Shown here: piece after piece, positions 11,211 through 24,596 of the stretch
Layout of the letters: each line of letters opens with the position of its first letter
Position numbering within the stretch: the first letter of the stretch is position 1
Assembly: GCA_023920165.1 (NCBI GenBank)
Contig: CP089279.1
Location: 186,001 to 250,000, forward strand
Reading direction: 5' to 3'
Origin: Curvularia clavata
Lineage: Eukaryota
DNA: 64,000 bases
The notes under the pieces: model-generated
The model's database searches: none
What the model was told of the DNA's origin: nothing
What the model saw: only the letters and a program-made list of their open reading frames with translations
Translations under genes and position numbers: made by a program

Positions 11211-13983
11211 GCGACTCTGGCCAGGCTGGAACATGGCTGTCACACGCCGTGCGTTCGGAAGATAGATTTTGGCGTTCGGCAGTTTCAGGCTGCCGCGGCC
11301 CCAGAGCCACTTACATAAAGGCAAGTGGTTTTTACTTGTCACGCTATCACACTGACAGGGCGGGACGAGGAACATAATGACAGGACATGTGGGGGCAGCA
11401 CTAGCCACAAACGTCGATGCGGTAGGCTAGCGCGCAAGCGACCGTTGCTAACACGACGTCTCCCACCTTACCGCTTCAGCTCGCCACACCTGTCGCCACA
11501 CTTACCGAGGTCTTTATGGCAACTCCCTCGACAATCCCTCACACTGACTCGTGGGTGGGCCCTTCTGGCCGTCGCGCCGTCGCAAAACCAGGAAATCAAT
11601 CATCAATCAGCGCCAATCAGGGTCTAAATGAATCAGGAAGCCAATGGACGCCTGACAAAAACACGCCCAACCCTTCGTAATGCTAGCCAGACATGCCCTT
11701 ATCAAAAAGTCGCGCCTCAGGCTACCACAGCCATCGTCATCCACCGCCGTCAAGCAAGGAAAGCTGAACGTGGAGACCCACTGGTTACGAACAACGGCGC
11801 TTGGCCGACTTGAGACAGTGTTTGCAGAACAGGGTCTGTTCACACGCACGTCCTTTTTCAACAGTCGATCCTGAGCCTCTTCCGCCACTAGACCTGTCAT
11901 CTTGTGCCCTGCTTTGAAATTTGCTGCCGTTCCCCTACTGGATGCCTGTCGCGATCCTCAACATCTGTGACGCCGAGCGCACCGTGCCACCTTGCCCCCG
12001 CTGCGAAGTTGCCGCTCAAATACGTCCTGTATGTAGCATTCTCCGCGTTTGATTAGCGGGCCATCGGACCTGGCTCCGCTTCTCCCCCAGCTGCCCATAT
12101 TAGAAACTCCTCCCAGACTCTTACGGCCGCTTCTTCGTGTCGTCGTGCTGTACATCCTGGCAGCCATGTGACAGCATGCTATCGCGCCTCTCTACATGTG
12201 TCATGGTACCGAGCCAAGGTCACATGGGTCGGCTTCGACGGAGAATGGTACCCTGAGCCCTTCGGAGAGTCTCACCAGCCTCATACAGCACCCGTAACCC
12301 AGCAACTGTTTTCCGTCATTTGTCCGCTCTTACTCATCCAACTTCTTTCCGACAAGTCCCTGGCCGCCGACAGCGGTATCGTTTAAGGCGATATAAATCG
12401 CCGTGGATGATCTGCCTTTCTACTTGTGGTGCCTTGCAGGCCGAAAGTCGGGATTCTCTCGTATTCTAGGTCTGCCTTGTTCGCATACACACGGCAGCTC
12501 TTTCCGTCTTTCAAGATAACAAGAAGCTGCTGGGTCTTTTCCGAGGGAAGTTACGAGGTGGGCTAGACTACGGACGACGCACAAGCACACTCACCACTCT
12601 AAAGTGCAACGCAGTCCTGAGACCCGACACGTCTCCTTACCAAAGGACTCGCGATAACGCATTCACATTCTCAACCCTAATCCATTCTTTGCTTCGCGTT
12701 TGTGATTTATCTCGAAATTTCCATGCCTTTTTTTAACCATCATAGCATTACCCATTCCTGGTCATCCAGCTAGTAACGTTTCTAACGCCGAAACTATTTA
12801 CCCGCAATATGTTATAGAGCTGTTATGCGCGCGCACGACTACAGCACTGCATGTAAAAATAGAGTGATAAAATAGGTTTTGTGTCAAGATTCATGTCGTG
12901 ATTCTATTGTATCTGATCCATGAGGTTGTGAAGGATTCGCCGTGCAGCTATGTAGCGAGCATATAGCATGAGACCCTAGCTATATCACCCAGAATCATGG
13001 ATGCGCACTAGCATATATTGGGATAAGACAAGGATCATGATCGTACCTGAAGATGGGGCCAAAAGAAATTATTTAGCGAATTGTCTGCCCTGTAACACTG
13101 ATCTAAACTGAACGCAGCATGATGTGCTTCATCTCGTTGAGAAGGGGTCTTCCAACAAAGAAGCAGTGAGCGCAGACACTGAAGAATTGCGTACTACTAG
13201 GCGCTTCGCTGGAGTAATCGCGAAAGAAGATTTTGACCATTTCGCTTATGGCCATCTATGAATACAAACGGAATTAGCTTCCTGGCATATTGCTACCTTG
13301 CACCATATTGTAGCCTGAGCTGCACAACTACCTCCAAGATATCTAAGCCAGGTCACTTTGCAAGCTGAGAACGCACAATATCGAGAACAAGGAGAGCTCA
13401 AATACTAAGCGAAGAAGGTGTAGGAAATGCAAAAGACACAACAACAGTGAGAATTTTTTTAGGATCGACATAGTTCAACGCACATAGAACTTCGCCCAAG
13501 ACGCCTAACGGTTAACCGGCACTCAGAAGCAGCGATCACTGTTTTTGAGGCACAATAGCGATTCCGTGGTCTCATGAGGCAACTTAGCCGAACCCACTAC
13601 ACGAGCATGCCACAAACCTCAGTGCATTCGCTTACGGCAGACTGCATATTGTGAGGAGCAATAGGAGCCAACTTGTTCTAGATGCGTTTACAGTATTAAG
13701 CTTGAATATTACGTGACTGCTAATGTAACCACTAGCTCCCGTAAATCGCGACTTTCTAAGAGTGGTTGCTCTAATGACTTTATGAATATAGTTACATGTT
13801 TAGACGATATTACAATAGCTGACGAGAACTGAAAGGCGATAATATCAGTAAGAGTGAAACGAAGAACAACATTCCATTTGGAAATGGCTGAACAATCGTA
13901 GCGATATGGTAGGAGACATCATTGCCGCACGAATAAAGAAAAGTCAAAGAAAAATCTTCCAACATGGCTGTATGACGTCCTTT

Positions 13984-15039
13984 TCATTTCTTCTGCTTGG
14001 CACTTGCCTCCCAAAATCTGAAATGATCGATTATTGTCTCTTGAAGAGGCCGGTATCTGATTCCCAGCTCTGTGATACTCCTCTTATTATCAACCGCAAA
14101 CTTGACTCCAAGGTTCAAAGACATCCACTTCTGGGTCAGTCCAAACAACGGCCCTACAATTCTGGTGACTATCCTTGGAATCTCATGTCGCGGTATACAA
14201 AGAGAACTTGAACAATTTTTGCGGATGATAAGAGATATCTCTTTGAAACTCGTCATTTCCTCGCGTGCGAGAATGTATCGGCCGTTTGCAGTTGCACTTT
14301 GTGTCGCTCTTATGTGTGCCTGGGCCACTTCACGTACGTCGACCGTAGTGAACCAGAGCTTCGGGACACCGAACCACAATTTTCCGCTCATCAGCTCGTC
14401 CAAGAGAAACAGACTCCCAGAGTCGGAGTTCGGAGATAGCGACGGTCCAAGTACCAAGCCTGGGTTGATTGTGATTAATCTCCATCTCTTTGCTTCCTGC
14501 GCTTCGTACAATCTCCATGCTTCTTTTTCGGCTATGACCTTTGAATAATGGTAGGCGTTGTGTGTAGGTGAACTAGTGGTGTTGTAATATTGCTCGGCCA
14601 GTGTTTTGTTGTCCATTTGAAGAACATCGGCGTAATCCCCAAAGATTGCTCCAACAGTCGAAGTCATAACAACCAACTCTACACTCTTGCTCCGTTCCAC
14701 TGCAGCTAGAACGTTGCGAGTACCCTCAAGAGCCGGTTCAATCACTTCCTTTTGGGCATCCTTGATCTGCTCTTCCATCAAGAAAGGTGATGCGACATGA
14801 TAGACTACTGTGCAATCTTCTGCTGCTGTGTCAAATGAACCTGCAACGCTGAGGTCGGCTTCGAATAAATTCAATTGTCCAGGCCAAGTCTTCTGCATCT
14901 CTAGCAAATGGCTAATCTTTTTCTCGTTTTTCAAACTGCGTACGGTTGCGTTTACACTGTCACCAAGCTCAAGGAGTTGTTTTACCAAGTGACTGCCAAC
15001 ATAACCACTGCCTCCCGTGACTAGCGACTTGTTGGGCAT
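13984..15039 (-). CDS. NAD(P)-dependent epimerase/dehydratase, extended SDR (dihydroflavonol/cinnamoyl-CoA reductase-like); intronless
   Basis: ATG at 15039. LVTGGSGYVG Rossmann motif, VYHVASP, MTSTVGA and catalytic YHYSK (YxxxK). Confidence 0.9.
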   Translation of the reverse strand: MPNKSLVTGGSGYVGSHLVKQLLELGDSVNATVRSLKNEKKISHLLEMQKTWPGQLNLFEADLSVAGSFDTAAEDCTVVYHVASPFLMEEQIKDAQKEVIEPALEGTRNVLAAVERSKSVELVVMTSTVGAIFGDYADVLQMDNKTLAEQYYNTTSSPTHNAYHYSKVIAEKEAWRLYEAQEAKRWRLITINPGLVLGPSLSPNSDSGSLFLLDELMSGKLWFGVPKLWFTTVDVREVAQAHIRATQSATANGRYILAREEMTSFKEISLIIRKNCSSSLCIPRHEIPRIVTRIVGPLFGLTQKWMSLNLGVKFAVDNKRSITELGIRYRPLQETIIDHFRFWEASAKQKK

Positions 15040-15290
15040 TTTGACTCCGATTTCTGCATGAGTAATTGTCATCAGCACTAGATCAGGTGCTTGGAATGGA
15101 AATTCCGACTTGAGTACCTTCAACAAATGCGGTCGTTAAAAGTTACTTCAAAGTCCTCAAGGAATTGGTCAATGATCCTAGAATCTTTCTAGAGTAAATA
15201 GAGTGTAAGAGGAATCTAAAATGGTGTAATTTGTAAACTGGCGCGTCGCGAAAACGGGCAAACCTTATGAATATATAGTTCACCCCGGCT

Positions 15291-15540
15291 CGGATGTCGC
15301 TTCGCCAAGAATCCCGAAAATGCGAAACGCGGTAGCCAAAATATGACTCCTGCTTACGACTCGTTTATCGTGACTCGAGATGATAGACGTATCTAGATAA
15401 GCCCCTGTATTTAATTACCTAGAGGAGCTAGACCTCTATTTAACTTCTCTAGGGTGTACGCCATACATAGTAGTGGATCGCTGCGGGCGGGGTTTATTAT
15501 GTCACGTGATTACTTACTTTGTCTCATCCTAGCTGCTCTC
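15291..15540. repeat. Diverged direct repeat, copy A (upstream of the reductase)
   Basis: Colinear similarity to 17949-18199. Includes the identical 20-mer tgtcacgtgattacttactt (15500-15519) and 42/58 ungapped matches at 15324-15381. Confidence 0.85.
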
Positions 15541-15855
15541 GGTAGTTAACGTGTGCAATAATCGACTTAATATAACGCCTTCTATGGATAGGTCTTCATC
15601 TTTAAAACTTCAGATCTTTTCAACTATTAGATTATCAGCTGGACTAGAGTACAGCGCGAAATAGATCAGAGGAAGGATGAGCAAACAATCGTATATTCAC
15701 GAGACAAACCACTGGTGGGCTACTCTGGTGATACTAGACTATTTATGGGCGTTCCTGACGCCTAGGCGACTAAGCTGGCTAGAACGGATATCGCCTGGGC
15801 TGGATCGGCCGGATCCTGACAGTTATCCTAATATATTCGGGAAATGAGTGGACTC

Positions 15856-17627
15856 TTAGCCTATACTCATACTGGTCTCTGTCAGTAGGTATTCTAATCG
15901 TCTTTGCAAAGATGAACATACTTAATAGAGACAGTCTTAGTCTCAACGAAATGCATTAGGCCTTGGCGCCCACCCTCTCGCCCAACACCGCTCTGTTTGA
16001 AACCACCGAAAGGAGCTACTATGTCGAAGGTCTGGGAGGAGTTGATGTTGACATTGCCAGCGTCGATTTTCTTGGCAACAGGCAGGGCACGGGGCAGTGA
16101 AGACGTGTAAATACATGCTGTCTCGTATTAGTTACGCCCGCCTAATGCTTTGTAAATATATACTTACCAGAGAGACCGAAAGACGTATCATTGGCCAGCT
16201 TGATGGCTTCTTCCTCGTTCTTAAAAGTTCTGACAACGAGGACTGGACCAAAAATTTCCTCACGGTAGATGCGGGCATCGTCCTTGGGGTTGAGAAAGAT
16301 GGTTGGTTCCATGTAGTACCCATCCTTGGAGAAGCTGTGTTTCTTTCCACCAGTGATGAGCTCTGCTTCTTGTTTGCCGATATCAACGTAGTCCATGACA
16401 CGTTCAAATTGTCCTTTGTCAGCTAGCGGACCGAAGAGTGAGTTCGTGTCAAGAGGCGACCCAGCGGCCTGAGAGAACTGTTCAAACCGAGCCTTGAGTT
16501 GCTCGATGAAATTTGGTGCAATATTTTCTTGAACGAAGAGCCTGGAAGCTGCGATACAGGCTTGTCCACTGTTGAAGAGAAAGTTTTGGCTTGAATGTTG
16601 GAGAGCGTTATCAATGTCCGCGTCATCAAACACGAGACTAGGAGACTTTCCTCCAAGCTCAAGAACAACTCGCTTAAAATTGCTACATCTTGTGAGTACG
16701 CTGTAGGCTTATACTAAGTTCGCATCCAGACTCACCTTCTTGTAGCGAGCTCTTGGACCTTCTTGCCAGTAGGAACTGATCCTGTGAACGATATCTTATT
16801 GACATCCATATGGCTTGCGAGCATTCCTCCTGTCGCTCCACCACCAGTGATAATGTTGATTACACCTGGGGGGAAACCAGCCTGCTTGACCAAATCACCG
16901 AGTTGCAGTAAGCCAACTGGGGTCTTCTCTGATCCTTTGTAGACGACGGTGCAACCAACAGCGATAGCTGGAGCAACTTTAGCAGCGAAAAAGCCTGGGG
17001 CCCCGTTCCAGGCACCAATTCCAGCACAAACTCCGATGGGTTCGTAGTGGACAATCTTTCATCTCGTTAGCGTCTTATTTTAAGAGTCTTCAACTACCAC
17101 TTGCCCTGTAGTATCCGTCGTTCGCTGGATACTGTTCTCCAGCAAGCTTGTCAGTCCAGCCAGCATAGTCTGGTGTGATCAGCAAAATCCTCCAAGCTAG
17201 AACAGCAATGCCGCACTTACACCTGAAGATGCTGCTGAGCAATCTGTAAAGGAAGCGTGTGCTGGTAATTACCTGACCCATGCATTTTGATTCCCATGGA
17301 GCCAGCTCATCAACATGGTGGTCGACTAAATCCGCAAACTTCAACATGACAGTCGTTCTCTGCGCTGGAGTCCATGTAGACCATTCTCCCTCAAAGGCTG
17401 CTCGTGCCGCTGCAACAGCCTTGTCTACATCTACTTGGCCAGCAACTTGAAGATTGTCTGCCACAAGCGATCCGTCATGGGGGCTATAGACAGCCAAGGT
17501 TTCTGCACACTCAGCGTTTACGTACTTTAGATGGTAAGTCAGCAAGGCCTGCATCGCCATTTCGGGAGTGGATTCATGCGAACCCGCAACTTCGTACCTC
17601 GTTGTTGATGAAAAGTTGATTATACAT
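15856..17627 (-). CDS. Aldehyde dehydrogenase (multi-exon)
   Basis: MYNQLFINNE|YVNA start, GIGAWN, ISFTGS..TG, LELGGKSP (catalytic Glu), FNSGQACIA (catalytic Cys), EEIFGPV, PFGGFKQSGVGRE. Stop at 15856-15858. Confidence 0.92.
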
Positions 17628-17948
17628 CTTGTTGACTTGCTGCTGGCGTTAAGATATTCAAGTTCTATAACTTTCTCCAAAGGTTAAGGTTTCCAAAGGA
17701 AGTCGAGGTTTTTCACAGTATCCGAATTTTGTAAGCTTCTTGAGTTAATTCATGATTATTTGACGAAGTCGAGGCTGTTTATACGATATCCTCGTCCGTA
17801 GGAGCACAGCGCGTCCGAAATAATTCGTCCTTAATGCTTTCCTTGTACTGCGTGATTCCTACTGCCCTAGGTCAAGAGTTTCCTACAACTACTGAGTGCG
17901 TCCGAACTTGTTCGGACGAAAGCCCACTTATTTAATTGGGGCGAATTG

Positions 17949-18199
17949 CGGACGCCCCTTTCTCGAGACTTCCGAAACCGCGCACCAAACGAAGTAGTCA
18001 AACTATAACCCCTGCTTGCAACTCTTTCATCATGGCATGGGATAGTGGGCAGACGATACCTCATATCGGGCTATCTAGAGCAAGTGGGCCTCTACTTGAC
18101 TTCTCCAGAGTGTCTTCCGCATATAGCAGTCAATTGTGCTGCGAGGGGTTCGTTGTGTCACGTGATTACTTACTTGTTTTTATTCTAGCTAATCACGGG
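17949..18199. repeat. Diverged direct repeat, copy B (in the ALDH/TF divergent promoter)
   Basis: Matches copy A; the identical 20-mer at 18156-18175 contains the E-box CACGTG. Confidence 0.85.
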
Positions 18200-18289
18200 A
18201 TGCCGCTGCCACCTGAAGCTTGTCTTGCAGGCTCATAACTACACGCCGCAGACGAGTAACCTCTCATCCTTCTTCCAATAGCAGATACT

Positions 18290-20372
18290 ATGCGAAAATA
18301 TATGAGCAAGTCGCAGCGAGCATGTGATAACTGCAGAGCGCGCAAAAGTGCATGTCGCATTGAATCGACACCGCCATGCCGGCTATGTTATCTCTCAAAG
18401 CGCGAGTGCACGTTCGAGTCCGCACTCAAGAATCCACGCGTCTCTGCAGCACCTGCAACACATGTATCGCCAACCAACTCTTTACAGGAGTCAGCTGGCT
18501 TGGATATCACAATTGAGCCAAGCAACGCTCTCAACTCTAGCGATGGCTTCTTCGACCAACAGGGTTACCTTTTGCCAAGCGAGTTGCCAGATCCATCGGC
18601 CAATCTCTGGTTTGACCACGCCATGATCGACATGAATATGCAGAGCTTCAATCAGATTGACATGTCGCGTAATGAAGCGGTCGTGGATCATCTTGCGCTT
18701 CCTTCATCGACGGTACAAGGACTCACGACGACCAGCATAGTCTGTGGCCTTACAGGGGACATGGACCCCTACCTTATGCAAAGATACAATTTTGACTCTG
18801 ACAATAAATTTGTCTTCAAGCGACTGGCGGTTCGCTCAGTTATCCAGGATGTCCACCCCGTCCAGCTCCTAGTGTCAAATATCCCAGCTGCAATCGAGGA
18901 GAGTGGTCAGGAGTGTCACTCTTTTCGCGAACAGCTAGAGAAGCTGGTGAGTCCCGATGTGGGTGTCAGGTTGATCTCTTTGTACGAAGCACCAATATCA
19001 ATGATACTTCAGCTCCATTTGAACTGATAAGCCTAGATTTTCTCGATTCGTTCACCCGCATTTCCCAATACTTCCTCCGGTAGAATCAGCAGATCCTGAG
19101 CGATCAAATCCTTCTACTCTTGCCGCAATATATCTCGCCACTCTGCCATTCGCCGGCTTCGATGACTATCTCTCCATTCAGATAGCATACGATCTTCCCG
19201 ACGCAGGAAAATTATGGGACCTTGCGTTAAATGTGCTGCATCAGGAGCTGCATAAACCAGACTTTTCTACAATACAAACGTTGATCCTGTTGCTAGTTTC
19301 ACCACCGCACAAGCCACTCATGCCAGATTATGCAACAAAGTGGTCACTCGTCGGCACAATGGTAGCTGTCTCACAAACACTGGGCTTACACTTCGACCCT
19401 TCCTGTTGGAGCATCTCGCCTACAGAGAAAGAGCTTAGAAAGCGGTTATCATGGGCTGTAAAGATGGTTGAGGTCTGGCACGCTGCTGTCTTGGGACGGA
19501 GTTGTCTCATACACGATGATGATTGGCTTGTTCCGCCACCATCTGTAAATGACTTCTCGCAAGAGGAAAGTAAAACGCCATTCCCTGCGCACTTCATTCA
19601 CATGTATCAACTTACAACTATTCTGCGCACGACTTTGACAACACTTTTGTAATTCTTCCCAGCTGTCTTGAAATTTTCAAAACGAAACTGACATCTGCAG
19701 CTCTCTGAAAGCGGTTCAATCCCTTGCAAAAGACTACGAAGGCACTTTGCGGAAGACACAAGCCCTGATGGAGGAATTCAATCGCTGGTTCAGCACTGCT
19801 ACTGACATCCAATCTCAGTCGCAGGACGAGGACATTGATTCATCAGGTTCAATGCTTCTGGGCGGTCATGTCGTCAAGGTACTCCTCTTTCGAGCCATAC
19901 TCAGGCCCTTCAACACTTTCCAAAATAGCACTGAACTCACCAATCCTGACAATGACCGTCGTGAGCTTGAAGCGCGCCGACTATCACGAGCTGGAGCGAA
20001 AGCGTGTGTCACCAGCTTTGTGGCGTTCACGTCCAATCTGAAGAGCAGCTGGATTCACGGATTTTGGCCCTTTTGTATGTAAAGAATGGCTATCTAGAAG
20101 TCTTCATTTGCTAACTATATATTTCAGGGTGCACGCTGGGCTGGTCGACCTTGTGCAATCTTGCACTGTTACTTCACGTGACAGCCGACAGTTCCGAAGA
20201 GGCGCAAGAATGCAAGGCTCTTCTCGACCATGCTCGACGAGCTATCCGATTACAATCAAAATCACTCGAAATCCTAAGATTCTCATTATTACGCATTGAT
20301 TCGATCTTCTGGAAAGGTTTGGATCACGTCTTTGCAACGAAAGACATTGCAATGAACAATGGTTTCGGATAG
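18290..20372 (+). CDS. Zn(II)2Cys6 fungal transcription factor with fungal-specific middle domain
   Basis: ACDNCRARKSACRIESTPPCRLCYLSKREC binuclear cluster, then TLGLHFDP..W.I...EKELRKRLSW and LGRSCLI motifs; three introns. Confidence 0.92.
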
Positions 20373-20464
20373 GAATGACATTGAGTTCAACTGACGATAG
20401 CTTGAAGCAAGATGGATGGCATTCGAAATTCTAAGAATTAAACCGGACCCGAACATACAATCAA

Positions 20465-22446
20465 CTACTTTACAAACTTGTTTTCTTCCTCAACTGCCAG
20501 CTTCCCCGTATGCGTGGTAACCTTGCTTATATCAACCTCATCCCCCGCTTCACTGCCTACAATGACCGGCACCTCTTCGAACGAGTTCCGGAAGCAAATG
20601 TATAGGGCACATCCCGCAACGAATCCGACGATACCAAGAGATCCGTACATCCATACTAAATACGGATCCTGTGACACAGGTGCAAGGGCAATGCAGATCG
20701 CAGCAGCGATGCCAATGGTCAGCCAGAACAAGGAGGAAACAAGAGAACGAAGACTGTGATCGATTAGCTTTAGGTGTCGGTTTCTTCTCTAAATTTCCAC
20801 AACATACCTAGTGGGCGCCTTTGTATACGCCAACTCTAAACCAGTGATGATAACAAAGGCTTCGGAAAAGGCGACAAGAATGTAAGCCGGAGCTTGGATC
20901 CAAACGTGGATGCTGTTTGGTGGTGACTTGTAGATGTAATGCTGGAGCACACTTGCGTACGCCATAGATACTGATGCCAAGATGAAGCCAGCTGTCATTC
21001 TCAGAACTGGGCTGAAGTTGATCTTGTATTTGCGGAGCAAGGGGTAAATTACGACTTCGGTTCTGGTCAGCGCATGTCCTTTCGGATGTGACGTTGTTGC
21101 TGTTTCAGGTACTTACAGTCTAGTAGTGGAATAAAGATGATCAAAGCAATGGGGTCAAGATTTTGCAAAAGGTCATTTGGTGTACCATGCAGTGCCATGT
21201 CTCCAGCTTGTGAGATGAGGTTATTCCAAATCTGGATCCAGCAGACGAAGTACAGCGGAAGGAAAAGGAAGAACTGCAAATTCGTTAACTAGCTGCGGTC
21301 CTGGCCTGAATGATGACATACCTTGCATGCAGTGATACCCATTTGTACTTCCTTTACAGACCTGTCGGTGTAGTTGGGGGACTGCGCAAAGGGATGGCGC
21401 GAAATAGTTCCTCGAGCCTCCAAAGCGCTTGGCTTGGCCTTTTCAAAACCGCCCTCCTTGACTGCGATTGCTACGATACGAGCGGCATCAATGACGGCTG
21501 AACCATGAGGCGGTGTTCGAACAAAGAGTCGACTGCTAAGGATGAATACCATTGCCGCAATGACAATGACCCTGTAGTTGTCAGCAAGTCAACTACAAAG
21601 TGGATGAGGAAGCACATCAACTCACACTAGAGGGATCAGATACGCAACCCAAAACCCCACATGAGCCTCGACATTAACGGTGATCAACGGCGAGAGTGCA
21701 CCCACGTTGACTGCCCAGTAAAACCAATTGAACATGCGTTCAACCGTCAACTCAGGGTCTACTATCACCCACTCACCAGTAGCCAACTGCTTTGTATACG
21801 CTGCATCAGGCTTGTACTGCTCGGCGCACATGGGTGTAACATTCGCCTTGATGCTGCCTGTGCCCAATCCAATCACTACCATGGCTGCAACCAGTCCACC
21901 AAAACCGGCGCCAGACTGGATACCCATTGGCGTGGATGTAGCAACAAGAATCACGAGACCAACAATATAAACACCGCATCCGAGGGTGATGGTCTTGAAG
22001 CGACCAAGATACTGGTCTGCGATGATTGCGCCGATGACAGTGGAGGCATACGCCCAGAATTTGAAAAAGTTGCCCAGGGCTGTGGCGACTGCCTGACCGC
22101 GACCAAGGGCGCCAGGGAGATCAGAGTGCGGGTCGTGTGGGTTTCTTGAGGGAAGTAATTAGTATCATCTTTGCCGTCATGTTGTACATATGCGCGGAAT
22201 GCAGGGATGCCAGTGATGGTTGTGGACTTACTTGATGTAATTCTGGATTGGTGCACTCAAACCAAAATATGTGAATCGTTCTCCCAGCTCAACGATCAAG
22301 ATGAGCAACACGACCCATGGGATGCGATCGGGTACGCGGCGTAACGTGCCACACTCGACACCTGGAGCAAGCCCGTTGACATTGACATCGTTGCCATGCT
22401 TCAAGTCGCCCTCATGTACCTTTACAGGAGAGGTATGATTTGTCAT
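20465..22446 (-). CDS. ptr2: POT/PTR2-family proton-dependent oligopeptide transporter
   Basis: ELGERFTYFG (ExxERFxY motif), GTGSIKANV, FYWAVNVGAL, NDLLQNLDP, FSEAF...GLELAYTKAP; multi-exon. The symbol denotes the family, not proven orthology. Confidence 0.9.
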
Positions 22447-22781
22447 CGTGTTTTCAATGCATATATACGCATATGTATTTAAGAGAGATGTATGAAGTTG
22501 GTTGATATGAACACACGTAGGTAGTGTGATGATATTCTCAGATTACATATGCCCCTGCGTCCATCTCTTTTTGTAGATAAATCCTTCTATCTTCCATAGT
22601 GACGATAGCTAGAGTTGCCGCTATCGCTAACCCCGCAATATCCCTCAACTCTGGCTCAAACCATTTGGGCTATGCGTAGTGGGTCCGATCGGAGCCGATA
22701 GCGCTAGGCGTGGATGCCGCCAATCGGAGCTTCGCGCTGGGATTCAGTCCGCCCACTCTTCTTCCGAGACACATGGAAACC

Positions 22782-24043
22782 CTACAGTTTCGCTTTACTC
22801 ATACTGTTCACACTACCTATCGAATCTTTCAGGAATGGAAGCGCAAGTTCCACAGCCTCCATCGCCATACCAAGCCCGGCCTGGTAGCCTGTTCCACCCG
22901 CTCCGTAATTATGAATAATGATACGGCCATCAGAATGCGCTTCTTTTTCGATGCGTGCGCCTCCCAGCCTTCCAGGTCTGAGACCCGCGAAGCTTGCCAA
23001 AATCTCGGTCTCAGGCACATCCAATGATGGCTCCAGTGTCACCGTACGTTTCCAGATGGAATCGGCCTCATGAGAAAAAGTATCGCCGGTACTATGGGTA
23101 ATTGAGTAACGCTACTTGAAACAAAGTGGTGGTGCACTTACCTGTTGCCCTTTTGCATAAATCCCCCAAGAATCACGTTGCCATTCGAGAAAGGCCTTGG
23201 GATGATATATGTCTCATAATCTTTACCATGGCGCATGGCGTTTTTCTTGATCTGTGGTGCTCGCGCGAGCAGGATTTGACCTCTGACAGGGAAGCATTTC
23301 TCGTCCTGGACACCAGGCAGATGCCGCGCGCCGTTTCCGGTGCAGTTGAACACGACCTTGGTATGCTCGCTAAGAAAAGCCGAATGCAGATGCTCCAGCT
23401 TCCGCCGGAGGAACTTGACGCCACGCTCTTCGAGCTGGCGTTTGAGATACTGGATATGTTGGGGAGCATTGATAGTTACTGTGGTAAAAGAGATGCCATA
23501 CTCGACGCCCGGTAAAAGCTCGTGTGAGGGTAGCACTGTGAACTTTCTCGCATGTTAACAGCAATGCAGTGATAGTTGGAGATACACTGACATCTTCTAG
23601 GTAGCTTGCGAGAGACCTCAGCTTCTGCTCAGGTGGCTTTTCATCCCAGAACTCAAATGATTGGGTCTTGCTGATAGCAGCGATGGGTCCATGAGTGTCT
23701 GCAAGCTTCATGAGACGTTTGTATCCAGCCTTATCCCAAATAAGCGCATTTTTGTCACTCCCAGATATCGCGGAAAAGTTCGCGCCGGCCCTGCGTGTGT
23801 AAGATTGTTGTCGTGGGTGGAGCTGTTCCTCAATGAGTATCCGTACCATGGCGAGGTATAATTAATGGAAGTGTCTCCGGGCAGATGTTCCGCTACGATT
23901 GTAGTCTGATCTCCATATCCGTTTTCTGCGAGGATGAGAGCAACATCCAGTCCTATCACCCCGGACCTACACCTAGTTTAGCATGTAGCTGGTACAAGCG
24001 TCGCGAAGACAACGTACCCAACAACCACTATCGAGTCTTGCAT
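22782..24043 (-). CDS. dao: D-amino acid oxidase, peroxisomal
   Basis: ATG at 24043, MQDSIVVVG|..GVIGL FAD-binding motif, YTSPW|AGAN, PVRGQ, YIIPRP, GLRPGR, DAO signature HNYGAGGTGYQ and C-terminal PTS1 -AKL. Confidence 0.9.
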
Positions 24044-24596
24044 GATTTCTCTTTGCTCTAGTGAAGGGTGCTTCGCAGTATTGACTTATAGATATGCGAG
24101 CATCAACCTGTTCGGCGGTTTTTATACCCACATACCCACTGGTGTCTATCCTCCAAAAGAGCAGAAAGAAGATTCACGATGGCTGGGTTGTGCACGATGG
24201 TCACCCCACAAAACACTAATCAAGCATAGGGCTGCTTCATTTTTCCGTTGAGTTTCCCGTCCATTTTCCCGCACTGACATAAGCTTGGCACCCAGACTTT
24301 CGTATCTTCTGATGTTCACTGTGTGTGGCTTCGGCTTACGAACCCCTTTCGTCGGTCCGACGAGCTGATAGGAGCGCACGGTCTACCGGCTTGGCATTCC
24401 TATCAGATCCGCGCGAGTAATGATCCGATCTAGGGTGCTGGGGTGACAAGCATGTTCAACCCGTCAAAATGGCACGGCAAAAAGAGCTGGCGATGTTTCC
24501 AAATCAGTGTTTTTTGACATTCATGTTTTACAAGAAGTGGTCTCCCTTCGACCTACCCTATCAATTCGCCTACCGAGGAATACGATTACAAGAAGT

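Noticed and set aside
12672..12681. CAACCCTAA resembling a telomerase RNA template or telomere seed
   Set aside because: A single imperfect match, expected by chance; no supporting pseudoknot or CR4/5 was recognised.
15040..15126. N-terminal extension of the reductase in the ORF track
   Set aside because: It starts at TTG, while the ATG at 15039 directly precedes the Rossmann motif.
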